64,000 nt of DNA, taken from Trichoplax adhaerens. Lineage: Eukaryota > Animalia > Placozoa. Of this stretch, positions 1 through 11,600 are shown one piece after another; the stretch's first letter is position 1; every line of letters begins with the position of its first letter. Made by a program: the position numbers and the translations under genes. The notes beneath the pieces were generated by a model that saw only the letters and a program-made list of their open reading frames with translations, ran no database searches and had not been told where the DNA came from. The DNA lies in contig NW_002060945.1 of assembly GCF_000150275.1 (NCBI RefSeq), positions 817,872-881,871 on the forward strand, given 5' to 3'.

Positions 1-123
1 ACGCTCATATTTTCGATAATAATATATAGCTTATACAGTAGTTACATGATTGAGAACAGAACTATCATAGCAATGGGTTTCACCAAATAGCAAGTATTGA
101 TAACACTTACTTCATGTTACAGT

Positions 124-3100
124 AATCAAAAAGTATACTTCCAGCCGAAATCGAATACACGTAATAGCACACGAGGTAGGAACCGACCATATAGAAGTAA
201 AGAAAGTGTTGAAGACAACGATTGGCGCGATTTTTTAGGATTCATTTCGGATGAGTAAGATACCGCGAATTGCTGCAGTATATTGTCGATGTAACAGCTC
301 ACATTAAATTTATACTATAGTATTAGATGAATAGATCTATTCTTGTACGGCCCAGGTATTGCTTAAGAACTGCACAGTCTGTGGAACGAATGGTTTTTGA
401 CGATTTAGATTTCGAATTAATTGAAGATATAATAACTTACATATCAGATCACATGGAGGTAGGTCGTTCAACCTTTTCGGCGGTAAAACGTGAGGATATC
501 CATCTCTTGCTAAGCTATATTTATACAAACAATATCCGACCTTGTAGAAAGGTGCTATTTTATGCTTTCTGCCTGGATGGGAGGACATTCGTAAACTTTA
601 CGAACGATTACGATTAAGTCCCTATTTTTCGTCAGGTATTTATATAATTCTAAATTGTTGACGCGGTTGATGCAATGTACAGTACACTATACTGATTGCG
701 ACTGCATTAACGATATTATCTGTATACTTCATGAGTTATAATTTACAGCAACAATTCCAGCACTTTATTTAGAAGATAATAGTTATTATTATTAAGGTGC
801 TTACGAAAAACTTATAAAACTTGGTTTTAAACTAAATAGGGAGATACCTAATCATCCCGTTGCATTCGCAATTATCAACTGTAAATCAAAGAAAAGTAAG
901 TAAAATGAACGCTAACATTGATCTTAAGACTTTTCCAAAAGAAATTTTTTTATGATGCTAATCATTTCTTACAAGATATTTGAAAAACCCCTACCTTCTG
1001 TTCGAAAAATTGTTATTGCTACCGATATTGCTGAGACAAGGTTACCACTTACAGCAGTACTGTACCCATTTTCAGCTCAATTAGTAACGTTATTTATTTA
1101 GAATTAAAATTATTTTATTAATTATAGCAATTTTATTTCAGTATCACCATCAATGATGTATCGTTCGTAATTGACTGTGGTAAAGTAAAAGAGAAGGTAA
1201 CATACTGTCAGCTTATTATTGCATCTGTTAAATAAATGATGACAGAAATTGATTATTTATTGTATTTTGCAAATGATGTGTCATGTAATAATATTAATTA
1301 GGCCTATGATCCCACCAGTGGCCTAGAAGTTCTTTCTCCGGTCTGGACCAGTAAAGCATCAGCACAGCAAAGAGCGGGTCGAGCAGGAAGGTACGTGTAT
1401 TTCATGAAAAAGCACCTTTCTGATAGGTTAAGCTTGCGATCAAGGCGACTATATGTATGACTTTATCATAACGATTTACTCTTAGAGTAAAAGCTGGGCA
1501 CTGTTTTTACCTTTACACACAATTTCATAAGTCGAAAATGCAAGAATTTCAGTTACCAGAAATGTTAAGGACTCCCTTGGAAGAAATATGCTTACAAATT
1601 AAAGTAAATTCAAGAACTCATCAATATTTTATGTCATCATTTGAAATTTTAAAATTTGTTAAATCCAAACTTTGTACTTCTGTGGTAATTCACTTTCTGT
1701 ATAGATCACTATATTACATTATATTTTTAGAAGCTTAAATTAGGTATGATAGCACCGTTCCTATCGAAAGCAGTGGATGCACCGGATAGTGAAGCAGTTG
1801 CTCGAGCTATAGCTCTTTTAAAGGATTTGGTAATGATAAATGATCAATCAAGAAAAATTTTATCTTTAGACTTTTGAATGATTAAATATCGCATTTTATA
1901 AATATTTGTTTTACTATACTTTAGTATGCGTATACGTAATTAATTATTAAAATATTTTCTAATGTTTATCTAATGAGATTTAACGTTATTGTTTTAGAAT
2001 GGTTTAAATGATGACGAATCGTTAACTCCACTCGGACATTATCTTGCGGCACTCCCACTTAATCCTCGCTTAGGGAAAATTATTATATTTGGCGCACTGT
2101 TTTCTTGTCTATATCCTGCTGTAATAATATCGGCATTTTTAGGTCATAGGGATCCTTTTGTATTTGTTATGGTAGGAGGTTTTACGTAGTAAGCCTTTAT
2201 GCTTACATCTAGTAATAACAGAAAAATGAATTTATCTAATTATGCTGTTAAATCTATTATTCATTACAGGACGATAGAGAGGCCTCAAGACGAGCACGTA
2301 AAAGCTTCGAACATGATTCAATTAGTGATCATTTGACACTGTTCAATGCCTTTAAGGTTAAGCAAACTTTGCGCCTTGAAAATTGCATGATTCACATTAG
2401 TACTAGTTCTGATATGTTTCGTGCTGCAATTGCAATTGACGATTTTATCCTTTAGTCGTGGAAAAAAGCTAAATATAACCGAAATGATTATGACTTTTGC
2501 CGGAGTAACTTGTTGTCTGCAAGCGGCCTTAACGTAAATGCTGTTTCGATAGTCTACAACTATAACGGAGCCTTGAATAATTAATATCAAGTTGTTTATA
2601 TTACATCAGATGGTTCACAAAATGGCAGATCAATTTGGTGATCTCTTACACGAGATTGGATTTATAGATACCAAGGATATAAAGGCAAATCGTTATAATG
2701 TTAATTCCGGTAATTATCATTAACAAATTTTATTTTTATTTCTATATGCAATCTATGATTGTCGGTAATTAATTTTAACTCTAAATTAATTCATTGTCAA
2801 GGCAATAGTAACCTTGTTAAAGCAATCTTGTGTGCTGGGTTATATCCAAACGTTATTCACGTCGAACATAGACAAACAAATAACAAGAGGTTCAATTTCA
2901 TCCGTGCTTCTAATTAAATTTGGTTAGAATGCTTAGCAACCGTTATGCATACTTATTCTAACTTGTATTCTATAAATCATAATTTAGGCCTCCTAAACTT
3001 TCAACGAGACACGACAGAGCAGTGTTTTTTCATCCCAGCTCGGTCCACCATAATCGAAATTTTTTTAGTAGTAAATGGTTAATATACCATAAAAAAATGA

Positions 3101-3931
3101 AATTGGATAGTCAGGTAGGACAATTTTCCAAGATTTACGATACTGTACTTTCAGTTATTATACTTTGGTAGCTAAATTTGCCCTATACTAATGATACTAT
3201 CGACTAATTTCAGATTAAAATATTTGATGCCACAATGGTTACTCCGTTTTCTCTATTATTTTTCGGTGGTGATATTCAAGTAGACGAGGTTAATATTCCT
3301 TTAAAATTTTACATAGCAATTCATTATCCTCCAGCTAAGTATTAGTAATATTGTTAAATTTCATAATGGGGTATCTTTTCTAGAAATGAGGTTGATAATT
3401 TAAACATACAGTATTTATTGCGACAGTAGCTAAAAGAATGCATTCTTTGACATATTGCTATTCAAATGGACACCGATGCCGTATAGTCTGAAAACACTAT
3501 CTCAATCGACACATGGATTAAGTTTGTTGCTGATGCTGGCATCGCTAAATTAATGAAGGTAATTAGAACGTTCTACTCGTACCAATAACTCAACGCTTTC
3601 CATATGTTAAGCAATAGAAAAATTTTTTATTATTTTTGTTGACAGCAATTAAGACTCCAACTGGACAACTGTTTAAAGCAGAAGATTAAGCAACCATCAC
3701 TGCAATTAACTGCATCAAATGATCAGTCTGATCCTAAAGCTAAATTGTTCCAGGAGATTATTAATCTTATTACACGCGAAGATTTATCGCAGCAAGTAAG
3801 TAATAGTCATTACACGTATGTATATTCATACAGTAGTCATTTGAAAGAAATGTCTTATAAAATTTTTGTCGCACGACTCGTAAGCTAATCATTGACATAA
3901 TGGTTTATTGCTAAATAGGCAGAGCGAATAA
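124..3931 (+). CDS. DHX36: DEAH-box RNA helicase, DHX36/RHAU-like (3' part of a multi-exon gene; 5' end lies outside the window)
   Basis: Hand-spliced GT-AG exons (approx. 124-255, 356-458, 548-636, 840-895, 976-1040, 1142-1196, 1302-1390, 1486-1603, 1731-1829, 1998-2171, 2270-2356, 2456-2533, 2610-2709, 2802-2889, 2988-3114, 3214-3288, 3487-3558, 3646-3815, 3919-3931). They give [103 protein letters not shown] and AGLYPNV, i.e. helicase C, HA2 and OB-fold. Family is certain; the exact paralog (DHX36 vs DHX30/DHX57/YTHDC2) and the last exon are less so. Confidence 0.85.
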
Positions 3932-4144
3932 GAAGCGCTCAATCCTTACGGCTTTCCGATGTAGCTGCAAGTAACGACTAATATGTGTATAAAGGTTTTG
4001 ATTACAAACTAATGTCCTATTTTTAACTTGATTAAATACACGTATGCAAACAGCATCGATACGAGCTTTGGTTTATGCTATTTATACTAGAACGTGATAA
4101 TATATTCCATGTAGCCATTGTAATGAGATAAACAACTTTAGCCA

Positions 4145-5726
4145 TTAAAAGATATTTTTGAAAGCATCGAAGAATTGTTTTACACCAGCATCCTGGCCTT
4201 GATTGGATTGATTTGATACACCAATTTTATTGATGTCTAATCTGGCTACGGCTGGATACTTTTTTTTAACTTTCTCCATTTCACGATTTAAATCGAAACG
4301 AACGGTTTGCATTTTAAGTAGTGGGACATGCATATTATACTTATCGACATTTTCGTTAATCCTAATAGTTTGTTCTTCAACAAATTTTACAGCCCTTTTC
4401 CAATTTAATTGCTTCTCGTTGCATCGGGGCTTTTTTTGCACTTGTTCAGCTCGATCTTCCAGCCTGGCACGTAGAAATTTTTTGTCTTCACGTATTTCTT
4501 TCCCAAGCAGGATCCAGTTGGGTGCATAACCTAATGATACAATACGTGTAGATAGTAGTAGAGTTTATTTAGTCAAATTGTGTTGTGAATTATTGTATGG
4601 CAATTATTTTTACAGTATATTAACAATATTGCTAAGTATAGTATTAAAGAGGCTATCAGAATTCAGAAGGAGAATGATACGAGTACGGCAGAGTAATGTG
4701 TATAATCGAGATGCAACATTTAGTAGAATTTGCAATTATAATTGTAAGAAAGTGTCATCGCTCAAGTAAGAATTATTTTCAATGAGGTATGTAACCTGGA
4801 GAATTGTATCTTACGATTAAAAGGTTACTACTTCAAGGAGAATTTAAAGTAGATCGCAATACGACATGTAAAATAATTGCAAAGACCCTACATAAGTTTC
4901 TTACAGGTTTATTGATAAGCAATGAAGTTGACTTGGAATGATAACTGCATCCTATCTACTATAAATTAGTAAAGCAGACCTAACTATTTGATATATACCA
5001 ACCTGAATTGACAAGCATTTTATTTAAACGATATTCTGTACCATCCAGCAATCCTTCGTGTTCCTCTTTTAAAGGTTTTCCATAACCCTCTAATTGATGT
5101 AAATTATCAAATTGGCCTCCCTGGACGGCCTGTTGGATAAAATCTTCAGCAATCCGATCAATACTTTGCACGATTTTCCCTTTTCTACCAGGTTCTTGAT
5201 ACTTTTGTTGGATATTCATTTCAACAGTCATATTATCAACTAAACGGACATGATAATCAGCAGTTTCTTCAACTGCTTTATCCATACGTTGCCTAAGAGT
5301 AGCTTGTTTCTCTTCTGGAGAAGCCGTCGAAGTCGCAGGATCAGTGGATAATTTGGTACGATGTTGTAACACCTTATTTTCAAATTCATCCAATTGCATA
5401 TCACGCGTTAGCTCTTCAATTTCATCAGGATCATCTAATGCCTGAGTTAGTATTGTTTTGTAGGCATTTTGAACTTTTACAAATTGCGATAAATTGGCTT
5501 GACCTGATGAGCTATCAGGATGCAATTTTTTGACCAAATCATGATAAACACTTTTAATATGATCTAAGCTATCATCTTGTTTTACACCTAACACTTGACA
5601 ACTTATTTGCAACAATCTCGATCTATCCGTATGTTGATAGCGCATTGGACCATGGTGAACGCCGATGATGGTTAATCTTGATGGGAGGCCATGATTGCAA
5701 CATCGCTTGATGGCATGGTGCAACAT
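4145..5726 (-). CDS. DNAJC28: DnaJ homolog subfamily C member 28-like (J domain + DUF1992), 2 coding exons
   Basis: Exon ~4999-5726 has a J domain with HPD (KKLHPDSS) and DUF1992-type IDRIAEDFIQQAVQGGQFDNL..G.GKPL...LNKMLVNSG. Exon 4145-~4530 continues YAPNWILLGKEIR...INENVDKYNMHVP..Q. Start codon uncertain (ATG at 5726 chosen). Confidence 0.88.
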
Positions 5727-6463
5727 GATTAGCTTGTAAAACTTTGGAGAACAATCCAACTGATTGGTAATACTTGTAATGAATAATTGTCTTCTGCCTC
5801 TAGCCCTACAGGTCTAGAAGAAAACCTTTCGATAGCAATGATTTTAAAGTAAGCCTAATCAATTAAGATATTGTCTCCGATGATGCCAGAATGAATAAAT
5901 TCATAACAACATTAATAATTATTTCGACACGATGGGAAGACAGCAGCTATGGCTCCAGTGGCCTTTTACCACTTGAATCTTTCAGGACCAAGCTCAGGTC
6001 TCAAGTCTAACCAATAGGACACTCGCTACTGTACCAGTAATGGACCTGCACTGCGCACAACAACTTCACGCAGTACCGTACCGATGTCACGGCGATGATG
6101 TAATGCTTGCTCGCTTACAGTATAGGTACTAGCTCATACATGAACATGGTATAGTGTACACTACAACATGTCGATCGCTCGATGATAGGCCCTCCCTCAT
6201 CTAGTCATACGGCTCTTGTCTGTCCTTCTAGCTGTCCTTACCGGGGAGTAGTACTCAGGCAAGACTGCAAATTTTCCCTTAACTTTGGAGGAAAAATGGT
6301 CACTTAAGGCTTTTGAAGGGAGAATTATCGATGGTAGATGCTTTCATTACTACTGTAGAATGGTCGAATAATAAGCATTGCACTAGACGCCACTCCTCGC
6401 TCTTGTCTGTCTTTCTCAGTAGCCCCTATGACAGAACTAGTGTTATTTATTAGTGTACGTATA

Positions 6464-7112
6464 TCACGAATTAATCTGAGCTACTGTCATGGACTACTCT
6501 AAATAGTTCTCTTCTTAATAGTTCACGAATGATACATACAGTCATGGACTAGTAGAAGTTATTACTGCATCGACTACTAGAGTAGTAATTTCTAGTAGTC
6601 CATGGCACAGTGTAGAGGCTAAAGGGATGTCTTGCAAAAAATTGGGGCCAAAAATAGGCTCCGTCAGGGCACGAACCACTAGAAGCAAACTTTTAACCAT
6701 TTAATATTAGCTAGTATCAGATCTCGCTCATTCTCCCAGTTACGGTGCTCATGATGATACACAGAGTAAAAGTAGGACTAGCCATAAAGATGATCAACAT
6801 TTCTCGATTTGCTACTAGATATTACAGTAGAATACAATACTGTCATTAAGAGAATTACGAGAATTCCTTGCTCGATCACGAATTAATCGAGCTACTGTCC
6901 TAGATCTGAACTACTCTAAAAACTTCTTTTCTTAGTAGTGCATGAGTGATACATATAGTCATGGACTAGTAGAAGTTATTACAGCATGGACTACACCAAG
7001 AAACTCCCCATTTTTCGGACTAGACGAGTAACTTCTAGTAGTCCATGACACCGTGTAAAGCTAATGGAGGTTTTGCAAAATTGGGGCCAAAAATGGCTCA
7101 GTCACTGGCCAC
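6464..7112. repeat. Two diverged direct copies (~6464-6673 and ~6877-7112) of a ~210-235 bp element with an internal inverted repeat
   Basis: Both copies read tcacgaattaatc(t)gagctactgtc...gtcatggactagtagaagttattac...gtaa(t/c)ttctagtagtccatg...ttgcaaaa(a)ttggggccaaaaat. The catggactagtagaagtta / taacttctagtagtccatg arms are near-complementary. Confidence 0.8.
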
Positions 7113-7136
7113 GGTCAGTCAGTCAGTCAGTCAGTG
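7113..7136. repeat. (GTCA)n/(CAGT)n microsatellite
   Basis: gtcagtcagtcagtcagtcagt directly after the second element copy. Confidence 0.9.
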
Positions 7137-7784
7137 ATGCATGCCAGACATGAACGAATCCGTGGTCCGTCAACCCGTCTATCTGATGCTGTAGTATTAG
7201 ATCTCGGATCTGGCGGTCCTGGACGTTACGGTAGAACACCACTGTAATGCTCTTAAGCTTCTTGGTTACATATTTACTAGTGTAGAGAGAGTAGAAGAAG
7301 TCGCACAAGTCCATGGGATAGGAGAAGAAATGGTGTTAAAAAATCACTACAACAAGTTGTTTTGATAATCATTTGCACCAAACTGAGGAAATCTACCTGC
7401 CGTCCACTGCACAACGTGTTATTATCGAGTTGTTGCTGATTCATTTCAGTAGTAATCACTACCTGATTGGGCCTAAGAATAGTCAAGTTGATCTTACTCA
7501 GCTCAGCTACAAAACTAGAGTTATATCCTGGTTAGCTTTGCAATCAAGGCTGCGAGCAGGTAAATGTTGCTCATTGGCAATGGTTCTATGTAGAAGTAAC
7601 TAGTGTGCTTGTTGCTGAAATTCGACTACAGCACATGAATAGCTAAAAGAATCTGTTGTTTCTTTCTTGCCATTTCTTTTACAGTCAATTCTACACAATC
7701 TCGGTTGCTAGCTTGGCTGTCGTGTTTACATTCCCGACCTGGATTAGTCTGATCGGATCAACTAGCGAATGGCAAGATAAAGCA

Positions 7785-9306
7785 ATGTCAAGTGTAATAT
7801 TTGATAGCCAACACGCTTGGTTTTCAAGTAGTGTATCAATCGATTATACCAACTGTTGGGGTAAGGATTGATCTTGCTTCCCTTCAAATGCATTCTTCCA
7901 CGCTATTTTCAGTCTGTCATTTCAAATCTGCTTATAATCAATCACCGCCTTTTCCTAATTTCCAATTTTCTTTTTCGCCTATCAGTAAAGTATGGTGGCA
8001 AGATTGTTGATCAGTGGGATCAAGCTCAATTTCTCTTCAGCCTTGATAAAACATTCCAAGATACTGCATGGTAAGAAACTACTACATGTTTTCAACTGCT
8101 ACAGGTATTATACTGTAATAATGTAGGCTTCATGGAGCCCTTTATAGCAGGCTAAATATCGCACATTAATAGTTAGAATACTGTACAGTACTAACTCATG
8201 AAAAGTTTTGACAATACATCCCTACCTATAGTAAAACTACTCTTTACTAACATTTCCCTCGTTTACAATAGTATAAAATATCATCAAATCAAATGATACT
8301 GGTATGTTGAAGGAATACAACTTATTATTATCATTCTTTGACAGCTTGTATGATACTGACGAATTTCGTAAGAGAAGATTAACGGTTTTCGACCCGAAGC
8401 TCATATTGCATGCTAAAGACGAAAGATCTTTGTGTGATATTGACCTAGGCAAATACATTTTAAACACTCCTAAAGAAACTGAAGGTATGACAGCTATTTT
8501 CTGCTTCCACATCATTTGTAGTTTAAATCAACATGCTCTTATTCAAGAATTAAATTATAATGGAATGGCTCAAAATTTTATCTATCCCCAGATTTTACAT
8601 ACAAAGTATACCATCGAATAGGAGCCGATGACAATTTATCGTCCGTTGAAGATAGTTCTGACGTGCATAGTGCAGACGAAGTTTTTATTGCAAAAAGAAT
8701 CCTCTTGCGTAATAAAAGAAAGCAAGCCTCCAAATTACCATTAGCTGCAATTGCAAAAGAAGCATCTTCATCGACTACTTCAACCTCAAAATCACGCCGC
8801 CCTCCCCGTTACCAAGCCACCAGGGCTAGGTAGACACCTATGATTTGAATATACAGATTTAAAGATGACATTAGTTCTAGTAAATTATTATAACCCTTAC
8901 AGGAAAATATTTTTTTCAATTTACATGGATAACGGATAGATTAACAAGGAAAGCGAAAGCTGTAGCTAAAAAGAAGATAATAAAGAAAACACCTATTATG
9001 CCGGAAAACTGCGATGATTTTACATTTCCAGAGAATGTTGTTATTAAAGGTATTTCATTGAAATTTGAAATGTAGAAATTTTTGTATCAATTTATAATTT
9101 AATCACCTTACCCAACATTCACGATATTATCGTCTCAAGGCATAGCAAATCATGTTCGTTAACTACTGCCCCCATCTATCATTGCAGATATTGTACATAT
9201 AGATGAAATTACCATCGCAGATCCTCAAGTTAATATGGAATACTTCATACCAAATTGCAACAAATGCATGGTTATAGGAAAAGGATCGTCTTCTTTGAGT
9301 TCGTAA
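7785..9306 (+). CDS. TERB2: Telomere repeats-binding bouquet formation protein 2 (TERB2)-like, 6 exons
   Basis: Exons 7785-7860, 7986-8070, 8345-8484, 8592-8829, 8940-9049 and 9188-9306 have GT-AG borders and splice in frame. Product: MSSVIFDSQHAWFSSSVSIDYTNCWVKYGGKIVDQWDQAQFLFSLDKTFQDTACLYDTDEFRKRRLTVFDPKLILHAKDERSLCDIDLGKYILNTP... This aligns by eye with the TERB2 N-domain as I recall it (F.GQ.GWF..SV......W...GG.I.....A.FLFS.D....DT..IY...........VF...LG..IL). The C-terminal IVHIDEI...YFIP resembles the MAJIN-binding segment. Confidence 0.8.
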
Positions 9307-9939
9307 CTTAAAGCATCAAAACTTTTTCTCCTATGTCTAAAATCGATGTAAATATTATTTGGCGATGCCTAAAAATTGTAAAAATATTATTATACTTGTA
9401 GTAGAGTAAGTAATCACGTTTCTTTCGGTCTCTTGCAAATGAAAAGACGACATTTTATAAAATGTCGATCGCATGGAAGAATGTAAATGAACTTATACCA
9501 TGGAGTCAAAGGGCAATAAAACGTTTTTTTAAAGCTGTTTTCAAATTCCTATAGTATATGTGCTGGTTAAATTGATCTTTTCCCATGGAATGTATATTTT
9601 GTACAAGGTAATATTTTAAAATTACAGGCAGCCGGGTATAAAGGCATGTTTATGACGCCAAAAATGAGTGAAATATCGATATGGGTTGGACATAATTGGT
9701 CATTTATGATTAATTGATTAATCCGCCTATTTTAACGACATGTGCTAAGCTGACATTTTAGACTAGTCCTTAATTAGGCTTTCTATTATTTACGATTATC
9801 ACTTCGTTATTCTATTGTAATCTTAATAATAATTTTACATTTGGCAGGTGATACACGTACTGCAAGTTTTAACCTCCCGATGATACTTCCCTCATTTATT
9901 TTTGCTCCACTGACTTCATCGAGAATATCCGCTCTTTCA

Positions 9940-10785
9940 GATCCGTTTACATGAGCAAATGCAAACGAGGAATTATCTTTTAGATAATATTCCAATCCTA
10001 CAAATTACTGTGTGATCTATAGCTGAACACCTTGACAGATTCGATCATCGTTCTTTAAAACCCGTTCACATGAAAAAATGCTAACGAAGATTTGTCGTTT
10101 AGATTGTACAGTAGTCCAACCCTATAAATTACTGTGTGACCTTTACTGCATACCTTGACAGATTCGATCATCACTCTTTAAAACCCGTTCACATGAAAAA
10201 ATGCTAACGAAGAATTGTCGTTTAGATTGTACAGTAGTCCAACCCTATAAATTACAGTGTGACCTTTACTGCATACCTTGACAGATTCGATCATCGCTCT
10301 TTAAAACCCGTTCACATGAGCAAATGCTAACGAAGAATGGTCGTTTAGATTGTACAGTAGTCCAACCCTATAAATTACTGTGTGACCTTTACTTTATACC
10401 ATGACAGATGCGATCTTAGCTCTTTTAAGTTAAAGTGAAGTAACATTCGTTCATCTGAGCCAATGGTAACGAGGAATTATCGTTTAGATTGTAGTCTAAC
10501 CTAACAAATTATTGTGTGATCTTTACTGCATACTTTGGCAGATTCGATCTTAGCTAACTCTTCAAGTTTTAGTTAAGTAAAATTGTTCCATCAGAGCCAA
10601 TGCTAGCAATTAATTGTCGTTTAGATTCTAGTCCAACCCACCAATTTACTGTGCGATCTTTACTACACACCTTGGCAGATTCGATCGTAGCTCTTAAAGT
10701 AAAAATTCGTTCATCAGAGCGAATGCAAACGAGGAATTGTCGCTTAAACTGTAGTCCAATCCTAAAAATTACTGCATGAAATTGC
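9940..10785. repeat. Tandem repeat array, ~7 copies of a ~123-137 bp unit
   Basis: The aaattactgtgtga anchor (or a variant) recurs at ~10002, 10126, 10249, 10372, 10506, 10643 and 10766. Inner copies are nearly identical (123-124 bp period); the right-hand copies are diverged. Confidence 0.92.
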
Positions 10786-11392
10786 AATATTCGATAGGAG
10801 TTGATTAGTGTAGGTCCAAAGCTGCATATTGGTTTAATTTTCTATATTCTGGTCCATAATATGGGCTGTTGCTGCACTTTCTTTTTCGGTCTTTTGTTTG
10901 ACTGTTTTGTATACCTGGAACAGTAAAGTAGTATTTCTATTTCATACAGATTCAAAGCTTTACTAGAGTTGAATATAACTTTGTATACCGATTGTAGCAC
11001 TGACTGAGGGGTACAGGTGTAGCCTAGGCGCGTATTAAAGACGGCTACCACAGCCAGTTCTAATGCATCAAGAAAAACAAAGGCATCAAGGCCAAGCTAA
11101 TGGTGCTGCCCCATCCAAAAAAGGAAGAATCCTCAAAACGATTGATTTATAGCATTCATTAGGTGAGTAGAAACCCTCTAAATACGAAGAGGGATGGCTA
11201 CAGCATGTATAGATAGTTTAAATTAGCTTTCAGTATTACCTTAGAAAGGGTAACAAGCGATAGAAATGGAATCCAATATCGTCAACAGTACAAAGGTTCA
11301 ATCTTTGATTTTCATCATTTTCTTCTCTAGCCTTCTTTATCGTTAAATTTTCATCGTGAATTCATGCAATAGTTTCGACACAAGTGTGATGA

Positions 11393-11600
11393 TTCGATAG
11401 CATAGATAAGAATTTTGACCATGGATAAGATTGATTGATGAGACCATCATCAGTTAGATAAATCATTGATCAACATCGCCTATTGTAAATAACATCTTGT
11501 TCTATTTTATTTCAAAAATGGATACAGATTTTAATCATGGCCAACGACAACCATGGACGAGTAATTGACCAGCGTTGGAAGCAGAATACAGTAGCCAAAG
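11393..11600 (+). repeat. Dispersed repeat; inverted copy at ~24265-24480
   Basis: ccatcatcagttagataaatcattgatcaa...aatcatggccaa...gcgttggaagcagaatac is the reverse complement of 24265-24480, apart from scattered substitutions. Confidence 0.85.

Noticed and set aside
4230-4529. Antisense ORFs overlapping real genes (e.g. 337-588, 2318-2590, 4230-4529, 8237-8515, 22327-22527, 30100-30309, 54141-54326, 57418-57612)
   Set aside because: Shadow ORFs of coding exons on the opposite strand, with no independent motifs.
7137-7247. Short + frame with VVLDLGSG (SAM-methyltransferase motif I-like)
   Set aside because: Only ~36 codons, no further methyltransferase motifs or exon chain; likely chance.
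9940-10785. Possible CRISPR array
   Set aside because: Whole units repeat with no unique spacers; eukaryotic context; no cas genes.
9400-11160. Possible additional small multi-exon gene between TERB2 and MBD2/3
   Set aside because: Splice-like sites exist on both strands, but I could not assemble a consistent open frame or recognise a product.
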